A stretch of 64,000 nt of DNA, taken from sequence record MK327935.1; one strand, given 5' to 3'. The notes under the pieces are model-generated. The model ran no database searches. It saw nothing but the letters and a program-made list of their open reading frames with translations, and had not been told where the DNA came from. Of the stretch, positions 29,210 to 39,330 are shown piece after piece. The stretch is from Escherichia phage vB_EcoM_G2494. Every line of letters begins with the position of its first letter. Position 1 is the first letter of the stretch. The translations under genes were made by a program, and so were the position numbers.

Positions 29210-30679
29210 CTATTCCCCATTGCCATTATACTTTCTTTGCTTAGTTATCCACACTCTAACCATCTCTACAGATTCACCGTCAGACGGATCAAGAGTTTTT
29301 CCTTTTTTCTTCATGCGGTACTTAAATCCGTTAAATCTTGCATTCTCTTGCTCGTTAAAGTCGAACATCTTTTTAAATGATTTTCGCCCTTTACGCTCAC
29401 CACATTCTAGCGGAATCATTCGGTCTGTTATTACATTGGCATTAGGTAGAAACGTTTTTAGATAATCTACCAACGCCCAATCAGGAACATATAGATTAAC
29501 ATTCTCCTTGCTCTCGTTGTCTCTCAGGTTACAACGCAAACATAATTGAAATGCTGGTTCCAGATAATCAGACACATGACGCGCTTTCAAAAACTCATTT
29601 GTCGGGAGATCACAACTATTAGCAAGACCTTTTAAAATATCAATCTCCCATCGTTGAGGGTTAAAGCTGAACATCACAGCAACATTTTTATGATGAATGT
29701 AAGAGTTAAGACCATAAGACCCGTAAGGTATCCGCTCGCCAATACCATTTGTGCACGCTTCACGGTCCCGATTCACGGTATAAATGAAGTCATCACCACA
29801 TTCATTTTTAACCATATCAACAAGACGTTCAAAGGTATTGTTTGTTTCTGACTGGTGACGCGACCATCGTTCAGAGTCCGTCATAAGGATGATATTAACT
29901 CTATCTGTATTTTTATACTCTTTGAAATATAGTCTGGATTCTAGCGCACTCGGAACAAAATCGCAATTTGCATAGTATCGTAGATACTTCCCACTATATG
30001 TATCAAAGAGATTTGCACATGCTATCGTAACCTTTTTAAAGTCTCCCCACGTACCGTGTTTGTTATCGTTCAAGAAAACAATTTTCGACCCATTCTTCCG
30101 GTGTCCTTCGTTATGTTTTACCATAACGTTGATTTTCTTCTCTAATAACGCCTCATAAAGCCCTCTAAGAGAAGAATCGATCATATCAGTACCATCCTTT
30201 GCACTTTCTATCTTTTCTTTGATAGCGGCCTTCTCAGAGTCTTTTAGAACTAAGTTCTGTAGGCATTCCGATTCGTCGGCGATTGGTTCGCAATGCTTCG
30301 TGATAAGTTCAAGATTAGACTTAAACGGATACTCATTAAATTCAACCAGTTGAGGAACTTCATCAATGTAAAGAGCATATTCACCAAAAATTTTTGAACG
30401 TTCCATATTAGATAACGCTGTATGTGTAATGAATATCACATCAGCACCATCTTTAACTGATTGCATTATCGACGCTTGCACTGTCTTAAGGCTTCTTAGT
30501 CTTGTGCTATCAATCAAGACAGCACGACCGCCCATTCTTTTAAACTTATTGTAAGATTGTTCACTTAAAACACGAGATGGCGAAGCAATAACCGCTTTTT
30601 CTTTTGTCTCTAGGACGTGGGAAAGTATAGCATCAGTTTTCCCCGCCGCTGGCAATGCGATTAATGTTTCAATCTTCAT
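29210..30679 (-). CDS. P-loop NTPase of unknown function (helicase-like Walker A/B)
   Basis: 489 aa; Walker A ALPAAGKT near N-terminus and Walker B LYIDEV ~100 aa later; no T4 counterpart recognised at this locus. Confidence 0.55.
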   Translation of the reverse strand: MKIETLIALPAAGKTDAILSHVLETKEKAVIASPSRVLSEQSYNKFKRMGGRAVLIDSTRLRSLKTVQASIMQSVKDGADVIFITHTALSNMERSKIFGEYALYIDEVPQLVEFNEYPFKSNLELITKHCEPIADESECLQNLVLKDSEKAAIKEKIESAKDGTDMIDSSLRGLYEALLEKKINVMVKHNEGHRKNGSKIVFLNDNKHGTWGDFKKVTIACANLFDTYSGKYLRYYANCDFVPSALESRLYFKEYKNTDRVNIILMTDSERWSRHQSETNNTFERLVDMVKNECGDDFIYTVNRDREACTNGIGERIPYGSYGLNSYIHHKNVAVMFSFNPQRWEIDILKGLANSCDLPTNEFLKARHVSDYLEPAFQLCLRCNLRDNESKENVNLYVPDWALVDYLKTFLPNANVITDRMIPLECGERKGRKSFKKMFDFNEQENARFNGFKYRMKKKGKTLDPSDGESVEMVRVWITKQRKYNGNGE

Positions 30680-30984
30680 TAGAAACCCTTACGTCGTGCT
30701 TTCTGGCATTTCTTGATCATTTTATCAGAAATTTCGCGCTTCGGTGCAATCTCTTTCACACCGAAAGCACTAATGCCAAATTCAGAGAGAATATATTCAA
30801 CCAACAATTCACGCACACGCGCTTTACCGATATTCACGCCGTTATTTTTCAGATATGTCTGGCCTTCGACTTGCATCAGATCTAAATCTGCGTCGGTAAT
30901 ATTGATTTCTTCCATGCGCCCAAATCGAGAATAAACCATGTGTGCGATTGCATTGTGTACTAACATAATATATTCCTCACTCAA
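30679..30984 (-). CDS. hypothetical protein
   Basis: 101-aa ORF abutting the start of the NTPase gene. Confidence 0.4.
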   Translation of the reverse strand: MSEEYIMLVHNAIAHMVYSRFGRMEEINITDADLDLMQVEGQTYLKNNGVNIGKARVRELLVEYILSEFGISAFGVKEIAPKREISDKMIKKCQKARRKGF

Positions 30985-31135
30985 GAATTACTTAATGATA
31001 CTTACTTTACCAGATCCATGACAATGAGCGCAACACCCATCACCACGCAATCCTGTTCCGTTACAGTGTTTACACTTCTTCAACGGTAAAGCCATTATAG
31101 CAAATAAAGCAATAATGAACACCGAAACTAAATTC

Positions 31136-31405
31136 TCAATAATCATAAATCTCCCTCAGTTCTTTATAGCCTCCAATGTGCTCGTTGTCAATGAATATCT
31201 GGGGGTATACAAATCGGAGGCTCTTTGAGTTCAGCCTCCCCGCCAGTTCTTCAATCATATCACGGTCGGGAATAATGTCAACCCCAACCTGCTTGAATAC
31301 TGGTTTAAGTGTATACGGAATACCCAGATCATCCAGTAGCTTCATTGCACTAATACAACCATAACAATGATAAGCCTCTTTCGGTATGCCGTATATCTCG
31401 ATCAT
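31136..31405 (-). CDS. nrdH: glutaredoxin-like protein (NrdH-type)
   Basis: 89 aa; CYGC redox motif near N-terminus, glutaredoxin fold pattern; in nrd gene neighbourhood. Confidence 0.65.
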   Translation of the reverse strand: MIEIYGIPKEAYHCYGCISAMKLLDDLGIPYTLKPVFKQVGVDIIPDRDMIEELAGRLNSKSLRFVYPQIFIDNEHIGGYKELREIYDY

Positions 31406-31902
31406 TTCTCAGCCTTTAATCTTTCTAGTTCTTCTTCCAGTTCCTTGATCCGTCGGTCACGTTCAAAGTCACGCTGCAACTTAGTGGCGAATACTCGTTT
31501 AAACTGATTGTAATCATCGATTTTAAACACTTCTTCTTCGCCATAGCGACGCACAGAAACTTCGTAGTTATTGAAGAATTGTTGCATCATTGCTTCGGAT
31601 GATAGTTCTGCTGATACTACTTTAAAATATTGATCTTCGGTAGGTGAAAACCAATTACAAGCATAAAGATAAACCTTTTCATTGTCTGGACACTGGTAAG
31701 CCTTACCATCGATTTCAATCACAGAAACATATTCAGGTATACTAGATGAATCAATAGCTAAGACTTTAAACGCACGGTCCCCGATAAACTCGGAGATCAC
31801 ACGATTCGCATCACTGGTTGCAAATGCTTTACGCGCTTGTTCGTTTTTCCACTGATAGGTCATACCAACAACAAACATATTACCAACCTCGCTCTTTACC
31901 AA
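31402..31902 (-). CDS. hypothetical protein, paralog family A
   Basis: 166 aa; shares GxTYxWK N-terminal module and charged helical C-terminal tail with the next three ORFs. Confidence 0.5.
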   Translation of the reverse strand: MVKSEVGNMFVVGMTYQWKNEQARKAFATSDANRVISEFIGDRAFKVLAIDSSSIPEYVSVIEIDGKAYQCPDNEKVYLYACNWFSPTEDQYFKVVSAELSSEAMMQQFFNNYEVSVRRYGEEEVFKIDDYNQFKRVFATKLQRDFERDRRIKELEEELERLKAEK

Positions 31903-32704
31903 TCAAAAATTCAACTTCACGACGTTTAATGTCTTCTTGAAGGTCTTTAATCTTCTGGCGATCTTGCATGATTTCATCCATCTTGTCAAGTGCTGCGATG
32001 AAATCATCGAAACGTTCAAAGGTTTTACCTTCATTTGCTTCGCCAAATTTAACCATTCTCAGGCCGTAACGACTACTAAACAGACGTTTCAACTGTCCAA
32101 CGATTTTAGAATCAGTGGTTATAACTTCCAATTCTTCTACTTCACGAAAGAATTTTCTATCAGAATCAATAAACCAGCTAGTTCCTTTATGGTCTCTATC
32201 TTCGGTTGCGCTCATTAGAGTATGGTCTTTACCATCAATTTCAATTACATCAATTTGCCCACATGGACTAACATTTTTAACAGTAAAAGGTCTATAATTT
32301 ATTGCTCGTGCAATAACATAATTAAGGTTAGATACGTTTTCAGCATAATGGCAGAAGTCTGTCATAGCATTCGCATCTTTCCAAGTATAAGTTTTACCAA
32401 CTTCCCATTTCTGGGGAACTTCTTCAACTTCACGAAAGAATTTTCGATCGAATGGACTAAAGAAATATGTTGCAGTCCAAATGTCTTTTCCTGTAGCAGT
32501 TTTTGCCGTATGATAAACACCGTCTAGCTCTATTGCATTAATCCAACCGTTACCCTCGATCTCGATGATGGTAAATGGCTTGTCACCAATAGCTGCACTA
32601 ATATCGCTGTTAAGTGGAGAAAGAACACCTTCTCCGTTAGTAATAAACTCAGTTTTAGCGTTTTCATCTTTCCAGGTGTAAGTTTTACCAATTTCCCATT
32701 TCAT
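31880..32704 (-). CDS. hypothetical protein, paralog family A (internally duplicated)
   Basis: 274 aa; two tandem copies of module W-E-x-GKTYTWKD ... FSPFDRKFFREVEE. Confidence 0.5.
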   Translation of the reverse strand: MKWEIGKTYTWKDENAKTEFITNGEGVLSPLNSDISAAIGDKPFTIIEIEGNGWINAIELDGVYHTAKTATGKDIWTATYFFSPFDRKFFREVEEVPQKWEVGKTYTWKDANAMTDFCHYAENVSNLNYVIARAINYRPFTVKNVSPCGQIDVIEIDGKDHTLMSATEDRDHKGTSWFIDSDRKFFREVEELEVITTDSKIVGQLKRLFSSRYGLRMVKFGEANEGKTFERFDDFIAALDKMDEIMQDRQKIKDLQEDIKRREVEFLIGKERGW

Positions 32705-32716
32705 AATATATTCCCC

Positions 32717-33196
32717 TTAACCGATTTTATCAAGTTCGTTTAATGCTTTCTCTGCTTCCTGTATAGCTTGCACTCTTTCCGGCATTTTGTCAAGAAAATC
32801 TTTCAACTCTTCAAAACTGGAGATATGACGCAAGGCATTAGCACCGATAGCCGCATGTGATTTGCATTCAAAGCGAATTTTATAATTATCCATCGCCAAT
32901 TTGAGAAGATCAATTAATTTAGATTCTTCTGGAATAATAATTTCTTCAAATCTGCTACGGTCATGATCCAGAAACCAACAAGATAGACCTACATCGGTTG
33001 AACTCATATAAGTTCCATCATGAAGATAAACAGACCGCACGTATCCTTTTTTCGCATCAACCGACGCAACTTTAAACGGTAATCGCAGATATTTCAAATA
33101 ATCAACATCATACCATTTAAAAAATTGGTTTGCATCTTTTACATCTTTCCACGCATAGGTCTTACCAGCTTCCCATTTCATAATATCATCTCTCAT
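32717..33196 (-). CDS. hypothetical protein, paralog family A
   Basis: 159 aa; MKWEAGKTYAWKD module. Confidence 0.5.
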   Translation of the reverse strand: MRDDIMKWEAGKTYAWKDVKDANQFFKWYDVDYLKYLRLPFKVASVDAKKGYVRSVYLHDGTYMSSTDVGLSCWFLDHDRSRFEEIIIPEESKLIDLLKLAMDNYKIRFECKSHAAIGANALRHISSFEELKDFLDKMPERVQAIQEAEKALNELDKIG

Positions 33197-33722
33197 TTTT
33201 GATACGTGATTCTAATTGGATCATACGGTCGCGCGTTTGCTTGTATTCGCGGATAGCACCGATTCGGCTAGGCATACCATCCAGTACGCTCTTAATCCCT
33301 TCTAGGGTAGTGATTTTAGCAATACTATTATGTAATCCCATCTTATCGATTAACTGAATGTCGTAGGCTTCCATAAGCAGACCCAGACGTTCTAAAGTTA
33401 GGTCTTCTTCTTTTTCTTCCGATTCTGGAATCTTAGGTTCAATAGTAACTTCGGTAAAGAAACGACGCTCACCAGACCAAAACCACACACCGGAACAGCC
33501 AATAGGGGATTCTTTTAACGTCATAGAGTCGTAACCACTGCCGATAATAGTAATTTCTCTAACATCACCATCATCGTCAAGGTCTTCTACCCTAAACGGG
33601 CGACCAGCCAACAAGTCAACAATACATCTGTTAATAGACGACGAAAATTTAGTCAGTTCGGCTTTCGACGCTTCGCATTCAATCTTGTAAGTTTTACCAA
33701 CTTCCCATTCCATAATAATCAC
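33186..33722 (-). CDS. hypothetical protein, paralog family A
   Basis: 178 aa; MEWEVGKTYKIE module, charged C-terminal helix. Confidence 0.5.
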   Translation of the reverse strand: MIIMEWEVGKTYKIECEASKAELTKFSSSINRCIVDLLAGRPFRVEDLDDDGDVREITIIGSGYDSMTLKESPIGCSGVWFWSGERRFFTEVTIEPKIPESEEKEEDLTLERLGLLMEAYDIQLIDKMGLHNSIAKITTLEGIKSVLDGMPSRIGAIREYKQTRDRMIQLESRIKNER

Positions 33723-33723
33723 C

Positions 33724-34233
33724 TCAAATAATTTTCACTGGAATACTATTAACAATCTTGTATTGTACTTGATTGTCAGACCCCCGCCACGGCTTCTTCG
33801 TTGGCATATCTTTAATATAACGCCCATCGATGAACATGTCAACTGATTCTACAATTTTTCTTTGCTCATCATTCAATTGGTCAAGGGTATAACCAGACCA
33901 TAGCCAAATATCTTTATTTGGCATCCATGATTTTACTTCATCGATGATCCGTTGTACACCCTTTAAATTGCGTTTATACAGTGGATCGCCACCTAAGAAT
34001 GTTAGCCCCTGAATAAAATCAGGTCTAAGCAGATCCAGAATTAATCCCATTGTATCATCGGTGAATAGTTCCCCGTTCTTAGGATTGAGTAGACTGGAAT
34101 TAAAGCAACCATCACATGCGTGTGAACATCCGGTAACGTAAAGGGAGACTCTCACTCCCTCACCGTTAACCATATCACAATCTTTAATATCGGCATAGCG
34201 TAGTTTGCCGTATGTATCAGAACTCATATTCAA
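33724..34233 (-). CDS. nrdG: anaerobic ribonucleotide reductase activating protein (radical SAM)
   Basis: 169 aa; C-x3-C-x2-C cluster (GCSHACDGC) and NrdG-like size. Confidence 0.85.
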   Translation of the reverse strand: MNMSSDTYGKLRYADIKDCDMVNGEGVRVSLYVTGCSHACDGCFNSSLLNPKNGELFTDDTMGLILDLLRPDFIQGLTFLGGDPLYKRNLKGVQRIIDEVKSWMPNKDIWLWSGYTLDQLNDEQRKIVESVDMFIDGRYIKDMPTKKPWRGSDNQVQYKIVNSIPVKII

Positions 34234-34444
34234 TTACCCCGAACTCGTTTACAATCTGCGCTTTATAGTAACCACCGCGAGATGCTAATAGATAAGCTGG
34301 GCTTAGGTATTCGTATTCACGGATTTCTACTTGTGCGTTTTCAGTTTCCCAAATCAGTAAAGTCCACATATTTGATTCTCCTGTAAAGTTGTATCTCGTC
34401 TTGATGAATATAGTATAGGGGATCTCGCGATCCCCGTCAAGCAT
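34217..34444 (-). CDS. hypothetical protein
   Basis: 75-aa ORF; real start probably internal. Confidence 0.3.
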   Translation of the reverse strand: MLDGDREIPYTIFIKTRYNFTGESNMWTLLIWETENAQVEIREYEYLSPAYLLASRGGYYKAQIVNEFGVIEYEF

Positions 34445-34449
34445 TTATT

Positions 34450-34992
34450 TTAAATTTTTCGAATGTATTCAGACCATTCCTTCCCTGTCATTTCGGACCC
34501 GTTCTGGAAACTGAAATATTCATACGGCATCGAGTCAAGATAAAACAGGATCATACATCGCGCCATATAATACCAATCACGATTAAAGTAAACTACGTTA
34601 TCACCAGTACCATCAACCCCTTTATCATAACCATCGCGGGTACGGGCGACCCATTGAATGGTATCATTTTTCTCACGGATAGTAACAGGTTCCCAATATC
34701 CAGCACATCCAGCATGACCACACGAACAAGTAAGGAAATATTGACCTTTTGCTTTGTTGTCATCCCATTCACGATGAATTGGTTTGATTTCGTGAAACAG
34801 TGCCAAACAATCATGATTATGCAACACTGGCTTACCATCAATCAATGCATGGAATGTATACAAACGACCAGTAGACAAATAGCTATCCTCACGCTCAACC
34901 AGTTCAATAGCAATCTTTTTAGCTTGTTCTTTGTGTCGTTGTGCTTTACGCTTACGGTTTAATGATTTCATATTCACCTCACACATTATCAA
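34450..34992 (-). CDS. hypothetical protein
   Basis: 180-aa ORF, Cys/His-rich segment (CSCGHAGCAGYW). Confidence 0.45.
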   Translation of the reverse strand: MIMCEVNMKSLNRKRKAQRHKEQAKKIAIELVEREDSYLSTGRLYTFHALIDGKPVLHNHDCLALFHEIKPIHREWDDNKAKGQYFLTCSCGHAGCAGYWEPVTIREKNDTIQWVARTRDGYDKGVDGTGDNVVYFNRDWYYMARCMILFYLDSMPYEYFSFQNGSEMTGKEWSEYIRKI

Positions 34993-35534
34993 AGGTCGCG
35001 ATATAGTACATTATGAAAATGAGAACTTGCATTACCAATATTGTAGATAATAAATTCTTCATCCGGCGCTTGCGCTACAAATTGAGTATGAGCAACCGCC
35101 ACAACCTTAAAAATACGATCCGTGATCTTGTGTTTAATTTCTGCCCCTACTTCCATAGGAACATATTCATTTGTTTCTGTTTCAGTCGCAAAACAGCCAT
35201 CTTCTTCATAAGCACGAACAAATCGGTCGCAATCAGTACGCTTAACAAATTCAAGAGTATATAATTCTCGTGAATTGTCGGTATAGACCAATACAGAATT
35301 ATTATGATAGCGAATCACATACAGGTTATTATCATCGTCAATTACGCAAAAGCTACGGATTCCTTCGCCTTTACTCCAGCAGATATTAACCACCGTTCCT
35401 CTAATAAAAAAACTTTCCTTTAAATTAAAACTAGCCAATGTGCTAGCGTGCATTTTAACAACAACACCATCGCCAATTTCCAGTTTACGAAGTTTAACTT
35501 CTTTGCTCAGTACACAAAACATCATCATCATCAT
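34989..35534 (-). CDS. hypothetical protein
   Basis: 181-aa ORF downstream of a consensus promoter. Confidence 0.45.
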   Translation of the reverse strand: MMMMMFCVLSKEVKLRKLEIGDGVVVKMHASTLASFNLKESFFIRGTVVNICWSKGEGIRSFCVIDDDNNLYVIRYHNNSVLVYTDNSRELYTLEFVKRTDCDRFVRAYEEDGCFATETETNEYVPMEVGAEIKHKITDRIFKVVAVAHTQFVAQAPDEEFIIYNIGNASSHFHNVLYRDL

Positions 35535-35561
35535 GTTGTCCTCTCGTTGTTTTCGATGTGA

Positions 35562-35591
35562 GCATTATACATTAGCTAATCAGGTTGTCAA
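35562..35591 (-). promoter_or_regulatory. sigma70-type early promoter
   Basis: minus-strand TTGACA - 16 nt - TATAAT directly after the nrdD terminator. Confidence 0.5.
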
Positions 35592-35628
35592 CACCCCAAA
35601 ACGAAAAAGCCGACCCTTTCGGATCGGC
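35592..35628 (-). terminator. intrinsic terminator after nrdD
   Basis: GC-rich hairpin followed by TTTTTCGTTTT on minus strand. Confidence 0.55.
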
Positions 35629-35634
35629 TGAAAA

Positions 35635-37497
35635 TTACATGTGCTTAACGCGGTTTACCATCTCGGAGTGTTTCCCGTGGTTAAATGGACGCAGATCAAC
35701 AGATCCAAGATATCCACTAACGCGACGGATAACATTCATCTTTTCCAGATTGTCATTGCCGCAATCAGGACAAACAAAACCAGACTCGGTCGCTCTCATT
35801 TCCTTATTAGATCCGCATACATGACATACATCAGAAGGAGTATTAACACCGAAGTAGTGCAATTTATCCATTGCATAGTCCACTACAGTTTCAAGACCTT
35901 TCAGGTTGTTTTTCATGTCTGGGAACTCAACATAAGAGATCATGCCACCGGACGCCAGCCAGTGATAATCTTTCTCAAAGTCGATTTTCTCAAATGGAGT
36001 GACTTTCCGGTCTACGTCAAGGTGGAATGAGTTGGTGTACCAGTCTTTATCGGTAGCACCCTTAACAATACCAAATTGCTCTCGGTCCAGTCGATTAAAT
36101 CGATAGCAAAGGCTCTCGGCTGGCGTACCGTAAAGACTAAACCCAAGTCCGGTTTCGTCCTTCCATTTTTCAGTATAATGACGCAAGATCTTAAGAATAT
36201 GTTTACCGTATCGCTGCGCATCTTCCGAATCAAACGGATGAACATCAAACAGGACGCTCAATACCTCATGTAAACCAATATATCCAAGAGAGATACTAGC
36301 GCGACCATCTTTCAGAACTTCCAAAATTTCATCGTTTTGATGAATACGGAAAAACGCACCTTCGGTATACAGTACAGGAGCAACATTAGCTTTAGCGCCT
36401 TTTAAAGCGTCTACGCGACTCATGAGCGCATCAAAACAAATAGGCATACGATTAGCTAGCTCTTGTTCGAATAGCTCAATTCTGCGCATTACAGACGCTT
36501 TACCAGCACGACGCGCGGCAATAAGGGCAATACGCGGAAGATTCAGAGTCACAACACCTAAGTTATTACGTCCGTCTAATACTTCTTCGCCTTTCTCATT
36601 ATGCCACACACCCAGGAAGCTACGACAACCCATCGGGCTAACCGGAACACTAGATCCAGTGATACTACGGTTATTCTTCGCAGAGATATAATCAGGGTAA
36701 AGACGCTTACTAGAACATTCCAATGCAAGTTGCTTAATGTCGTAGTTCGGATCTTCCGGTTTAAGGTTTAATCCTTCTTCTAAGAACATCACCAGCTTAG
36801 GAAACACCGGAGTGATACCATCTTTACCTAAACCTTTAGTTCGAACTTTCAGGATCGCTTTCTGAATCAGTTTTTCTTCCCAGCTAGTCCCCATACCAAA
36901 TGTTAAAGTCACAAAAGGTGTTTGACCGTTGGTGGAGAACAAAGTGTTGATTTCATATTCCAACGCTTGATACCCGTCTAGCGTTTCTTTTTCTGTCTTC
37001 TCTTGTGCATAGAGAGTATCCGCTTTGATTCCGTAGGTTTCGGCATCAGCAAGGTGTTTATGATATGTTTTCTCAACATACGGTGCTAACACCTGATCGA
37101 TGTTTGCAATTGTGGTCCCGCCATATTGATGACTTGCCACCTGTGCGATAATTTGAGCGGTTACAGCACATGCAACACCGATCGATTTAGGACTTTCGAT
37201 TTGTGCGCTACCCAATTTAAAACCATTCTCTAACATGTCTTTGAGATTAACAAGACAGCAGTTAGTAAACGGCATAGCGGGTGCATAATCCATATCATGA
37301 TAATGAATGTCACCGTCTACATGCGCTTTATAGATGTGCTCAGGTAACACGGTTTTAGCAATCTGTTTAGACACAGCACCAGCAATCAGATCTCGACGTG
37401 TCGGGAATGTTCGCGCGTCTTTGTTCGCGTTCTCTTTGCTTACTTCGTTTTCTTTACCCGTTGCGATCTCTGTAATGTCTTTGATTAGTTTTTCCAT
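35635..37497 (-). CDS. nrdD: anaerobic ribonucleoside-triphosphate reductase (glycyl radical enzyme)
   Basis: 620 aa; C-terminal glycyl radical motif RVSGYLG and CxxC zinc ribbon; catalytic-core blocks. Confidence 0.92.
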   Translation of the reverse strand: MEKLIKDITEIATGKENEVSKENANKDARTFPTRRDLIAGAVSKQIAKTVLPEHIYKAHVDGDIHYHDMDYAPAMPFTNCCLVNLKDMLENGFKLGSAQIESPKSIGVACAVTAQIIAQVASHQYGGTTIANIDQVLAPYVEKTYHKHLADAETYGIKADTLYAQEKTEKETLDGYQALEYEINTLFSTNGQTPFVTLTFGMGTSWEEKLIQKAILKVRTKGLGKDGITPVFPKLVMFLEEGLNLKPEDPNYDIKQLALECSSKRLYPDYISAKNNRSITGSSVPVSPMGCRSFLGVWHNEKGEEVLDGRNNLGVVTLNLPRIALIAARRAGKASVMRRIELFEQELANRMPICFDALMSRVDALKGAKANVAPVLYTEGAFFRIHQNDEILEVLKDGRASISLGYIGLHEVLSVLFDVHPFDSEDAQRYGKHILKILRHYTEKWKDETGLGFSLYGTPAESLCYRFNRLDREQFGIVKGATDKDWYTNSFHLDVDRKVTPFEKIDFEKDYHWLASGGMISYVEFPDMKNNLKGLETVVDYAMDKLHYFGVNTPSDVCHVCGSNKEMRATESGFVCPDCGNDNLEKMNVIRRVSGYLGSVDLRPFNHGKHSEMVNRVKHM

Positions 37498-37541
37498 TGT
37501 ATCACCTATGAAAAAGCGGGATTTCTCCCGCTCGTTGATAG

Positions 37542-38036
37542 TTATTTTACCAGTTCTGCTAATTCTTTTTCCGCCGCTTCCAGTTCAGCTTTAAGCTGTT
37601 TAATCTCTTGTCGCTTCTTATTAGCGGCTTCCTGCTTACTATTTCGGATAACCTGATCTAGATACAACTCCCAATCCTGAATATTTTTGATAATGTATCC
37701 GTCAACATTAATTGGTCGGAGATTCAGTACAGCTTCCAGTTTAGTCGCAAAAACTTTAATTGCTGGTGTGAAGTATTCATATTCGTTATCTTCAAACCAA
37801 TAACCTAGACTTGCATTATCAATACGAAGACGAAGTTTAAGATCAAGGTCTTTATCGTCGGTGTAAAGATCTTTCACCTGCCCCATCGAGCTAACAACAA
37901 CTTTAAAACGAATTTTATCTACACCGCCAAAAACATCTTCAAGAATATCAGCAATTGAGCTATTAGCGCAAGATTGGTCGCTGAATGCGTCAAGGTTTTC
38001 TTTAGTTACAGTATACCAAACATCTTGTACCCACAT
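37542..38036 (-). CDS. hypothetical protein, C-terminal coiled coil
   Basis: 164 aa; GAGAGGATTATATTATG start context; ends in KQLKAELEAAEKELAELVK helix. Confidence 0.5.
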   Translation of the reverse strand: MWVQDVWYTVTKENLDAFSDQSCANSSIADILEDVFGGVDKIRFKVVVSSMGQVKDLYTDDKDLDLKLRLRIDNASLGYWFEDNEYEYFTPAIKVFATKLEAVLNLRPINVDGYIIKNIQDWELYLDQVIRNSKQEAANKKRQEIKQLKAELEAAEKELAELVK

Positions 38037-38065
38037 AATATAATCCTCTCGTTGTTAAGTGGGAG

Positions 38066-38095
38066 TATTATAGCATACTCCCTTCGCATGTCAAG
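38066..38095 (-). promoter_or_regulatory. sigma70-type early promoter with dyad symmetry (PeSL-like)
   Basis: TTGACA - 16 nt - TATAAT; -10 lies in loop of GGGAGTAT/ATACTCCC inverted repeat. Confidence 0.5.
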
Positions 38096-39269
38096 CACTA
38101 ACTTTTTTCTTTACTGCTTTCACCTTCTGGCGAATTGCTCGAATCTCTTCGATCTCTTTTTCAGTCTCTTTAACAATTTCTTTGCGATTCTGAATATCTG
38201 TATCGAGATTATCATCAAGTTTAGGCAGCATGTCAATCAAGAACTTTTTAAAGTCTTTCAGGTTTCGGATAACAGCACCTTCACCCATTACCGCAACACC
38301 CACACCATCCGGCAGATCACCAAACAGCTTAACCAGTTCAGACAGATGATCATGATCTTCTAGTGCTTCTTCCGGTTCAGATGGCAGTTCAACAAAGTTA
38401 TAACGTTCATCATTGCTGATCAAGTGATACCAGCAAAGCCCGAAAGATTTCGGTGTATATTCTACACCATCAATTTCAACCGCGTCAACACTTCCATAAT
38501 CATCTACTTTAGTTACCTTAAATCCTTGTCCCAGCTTTTGAACAATTTCAACAACATGACTTGATACAGTTTCAGCGGTAAACCAATATGGCAAATTATG
38601 CTGATTTGGCTTGTAGCGTTCACCTACTTTAAATCTCTGACCAGCCGCTTGCATAGAATGAAATTGTTGTTTCGTGATTTCCGCGAAGTATTCAAATTCG
38701 CCACCATCAAACACACAAGCCCATTGATCACAAAAACGATCTGCCTTAACAGTTTCACCTTTCGCGGTGATCGTGGTAGCTGATCCGTGCAATTCTTCTT
38801 CAACTAAAAAGCCATATTCGACAAAATCAACAAGTTTCATAGCTTCTTTGTGATCTGGATCATGCTCTCCCCAGAATCGCTTAAATTCTTGCAAACCTTC
38901 TGGGGTAAACGAATAACATTTACCTTTTTCAAAGTAAGTCGGCATTGCATCCTCTTTCTTGTTCATCGCTTCGTATGCCTCTTTTGAGATGCGTTTAAAG
39001 TATTTACGCTCACTGTGCATAATCATAGTAGCCCAATAATCCACAATATCATTAGCGGAATAAACTACATCTCCAGCTTCAATAGTAATAACATGACCGT
39101 GGTCATCTTTTTCTAATACTTTAAAGCCCTTTTCTACGATTTCAGCAACCCGAATATGACCACGGCGCGAAGCATCGGTCAGAATAATTGAATAGCGAGA
39201 AAAGTCTAGAAACTCATCTTTACCGCCTTCACGGAATGCATAGTAATGACCTTCAAAGAATTTAGCCAT
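38091..39269 (-). CDS. hypothetical protein, paralog family B (three internal repeats)
   Basis: 392 aa; three ~95-aa repeats; ERKYFKRISK motif shared with ORFs 39326 and 39907; charged C-terminal helix. Confidence 0.5.
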   Translation of the reverse strand: MAKFFEGHYYAFREGGKDEFLDFSRYSIILTDASRRGHIRVAEIVEKGFKVLEKDDHGHVITIEAGDVVYSANDIVDYWATMIMHSERKYFKRISKEAYEAMNKKEDAMPTYFEKGKCYSFTPEGLQEFKRFWGEHDPDHKEAMKLVDFVEYGFLVEEELHGSATTITAKGETVKADRFCDQWACVFDGGEFEYFAEITKQQFHSMQAAGQRFKVGERYKPNQHNLPYWFTAETVSSHVVEIVQKLGQGFKVTKVDDYGSVDAVEIDGVEYTPKSFGLCWYHLISNDERYNFVELPSEPEEALEDHDHLSELVKLFGDLPDGVGVAVMGEGAVIRNLKDFKKFLIDMLPKLDDNLDTDIQNRKEIVKETEKEIEEIRAIRQKVKAVKKKVSA

Positions 39270-39299
39270 AATATAATCCTCTCGTTGTTTAGACGGGAG

Positions 39300-39330
39300 T
39301 ATCTTACTACTCCCGTTTCATCATGTCAAG
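39300..39330 (-). promoter_or_regulatory. sigma70-type early promoter with dyad symmetry (PeSL-like)
   Basis: TTGACA - 17 nt - TAAGAT; 9-bp inverted repeat ACGGGAGTA/TACTCCCGT around -10. Confidence 0.45.

Noticed and set aside
29210-30679. 489-aa ORF as T4 alpha-glucosyltransferase or UvsW helicase
   Set aside because: It has a Walker A/B NTPase signature, not a GT-B fold, and lacks the characteristic UvsW motif blocks; left as unknown P-loop NTPase.
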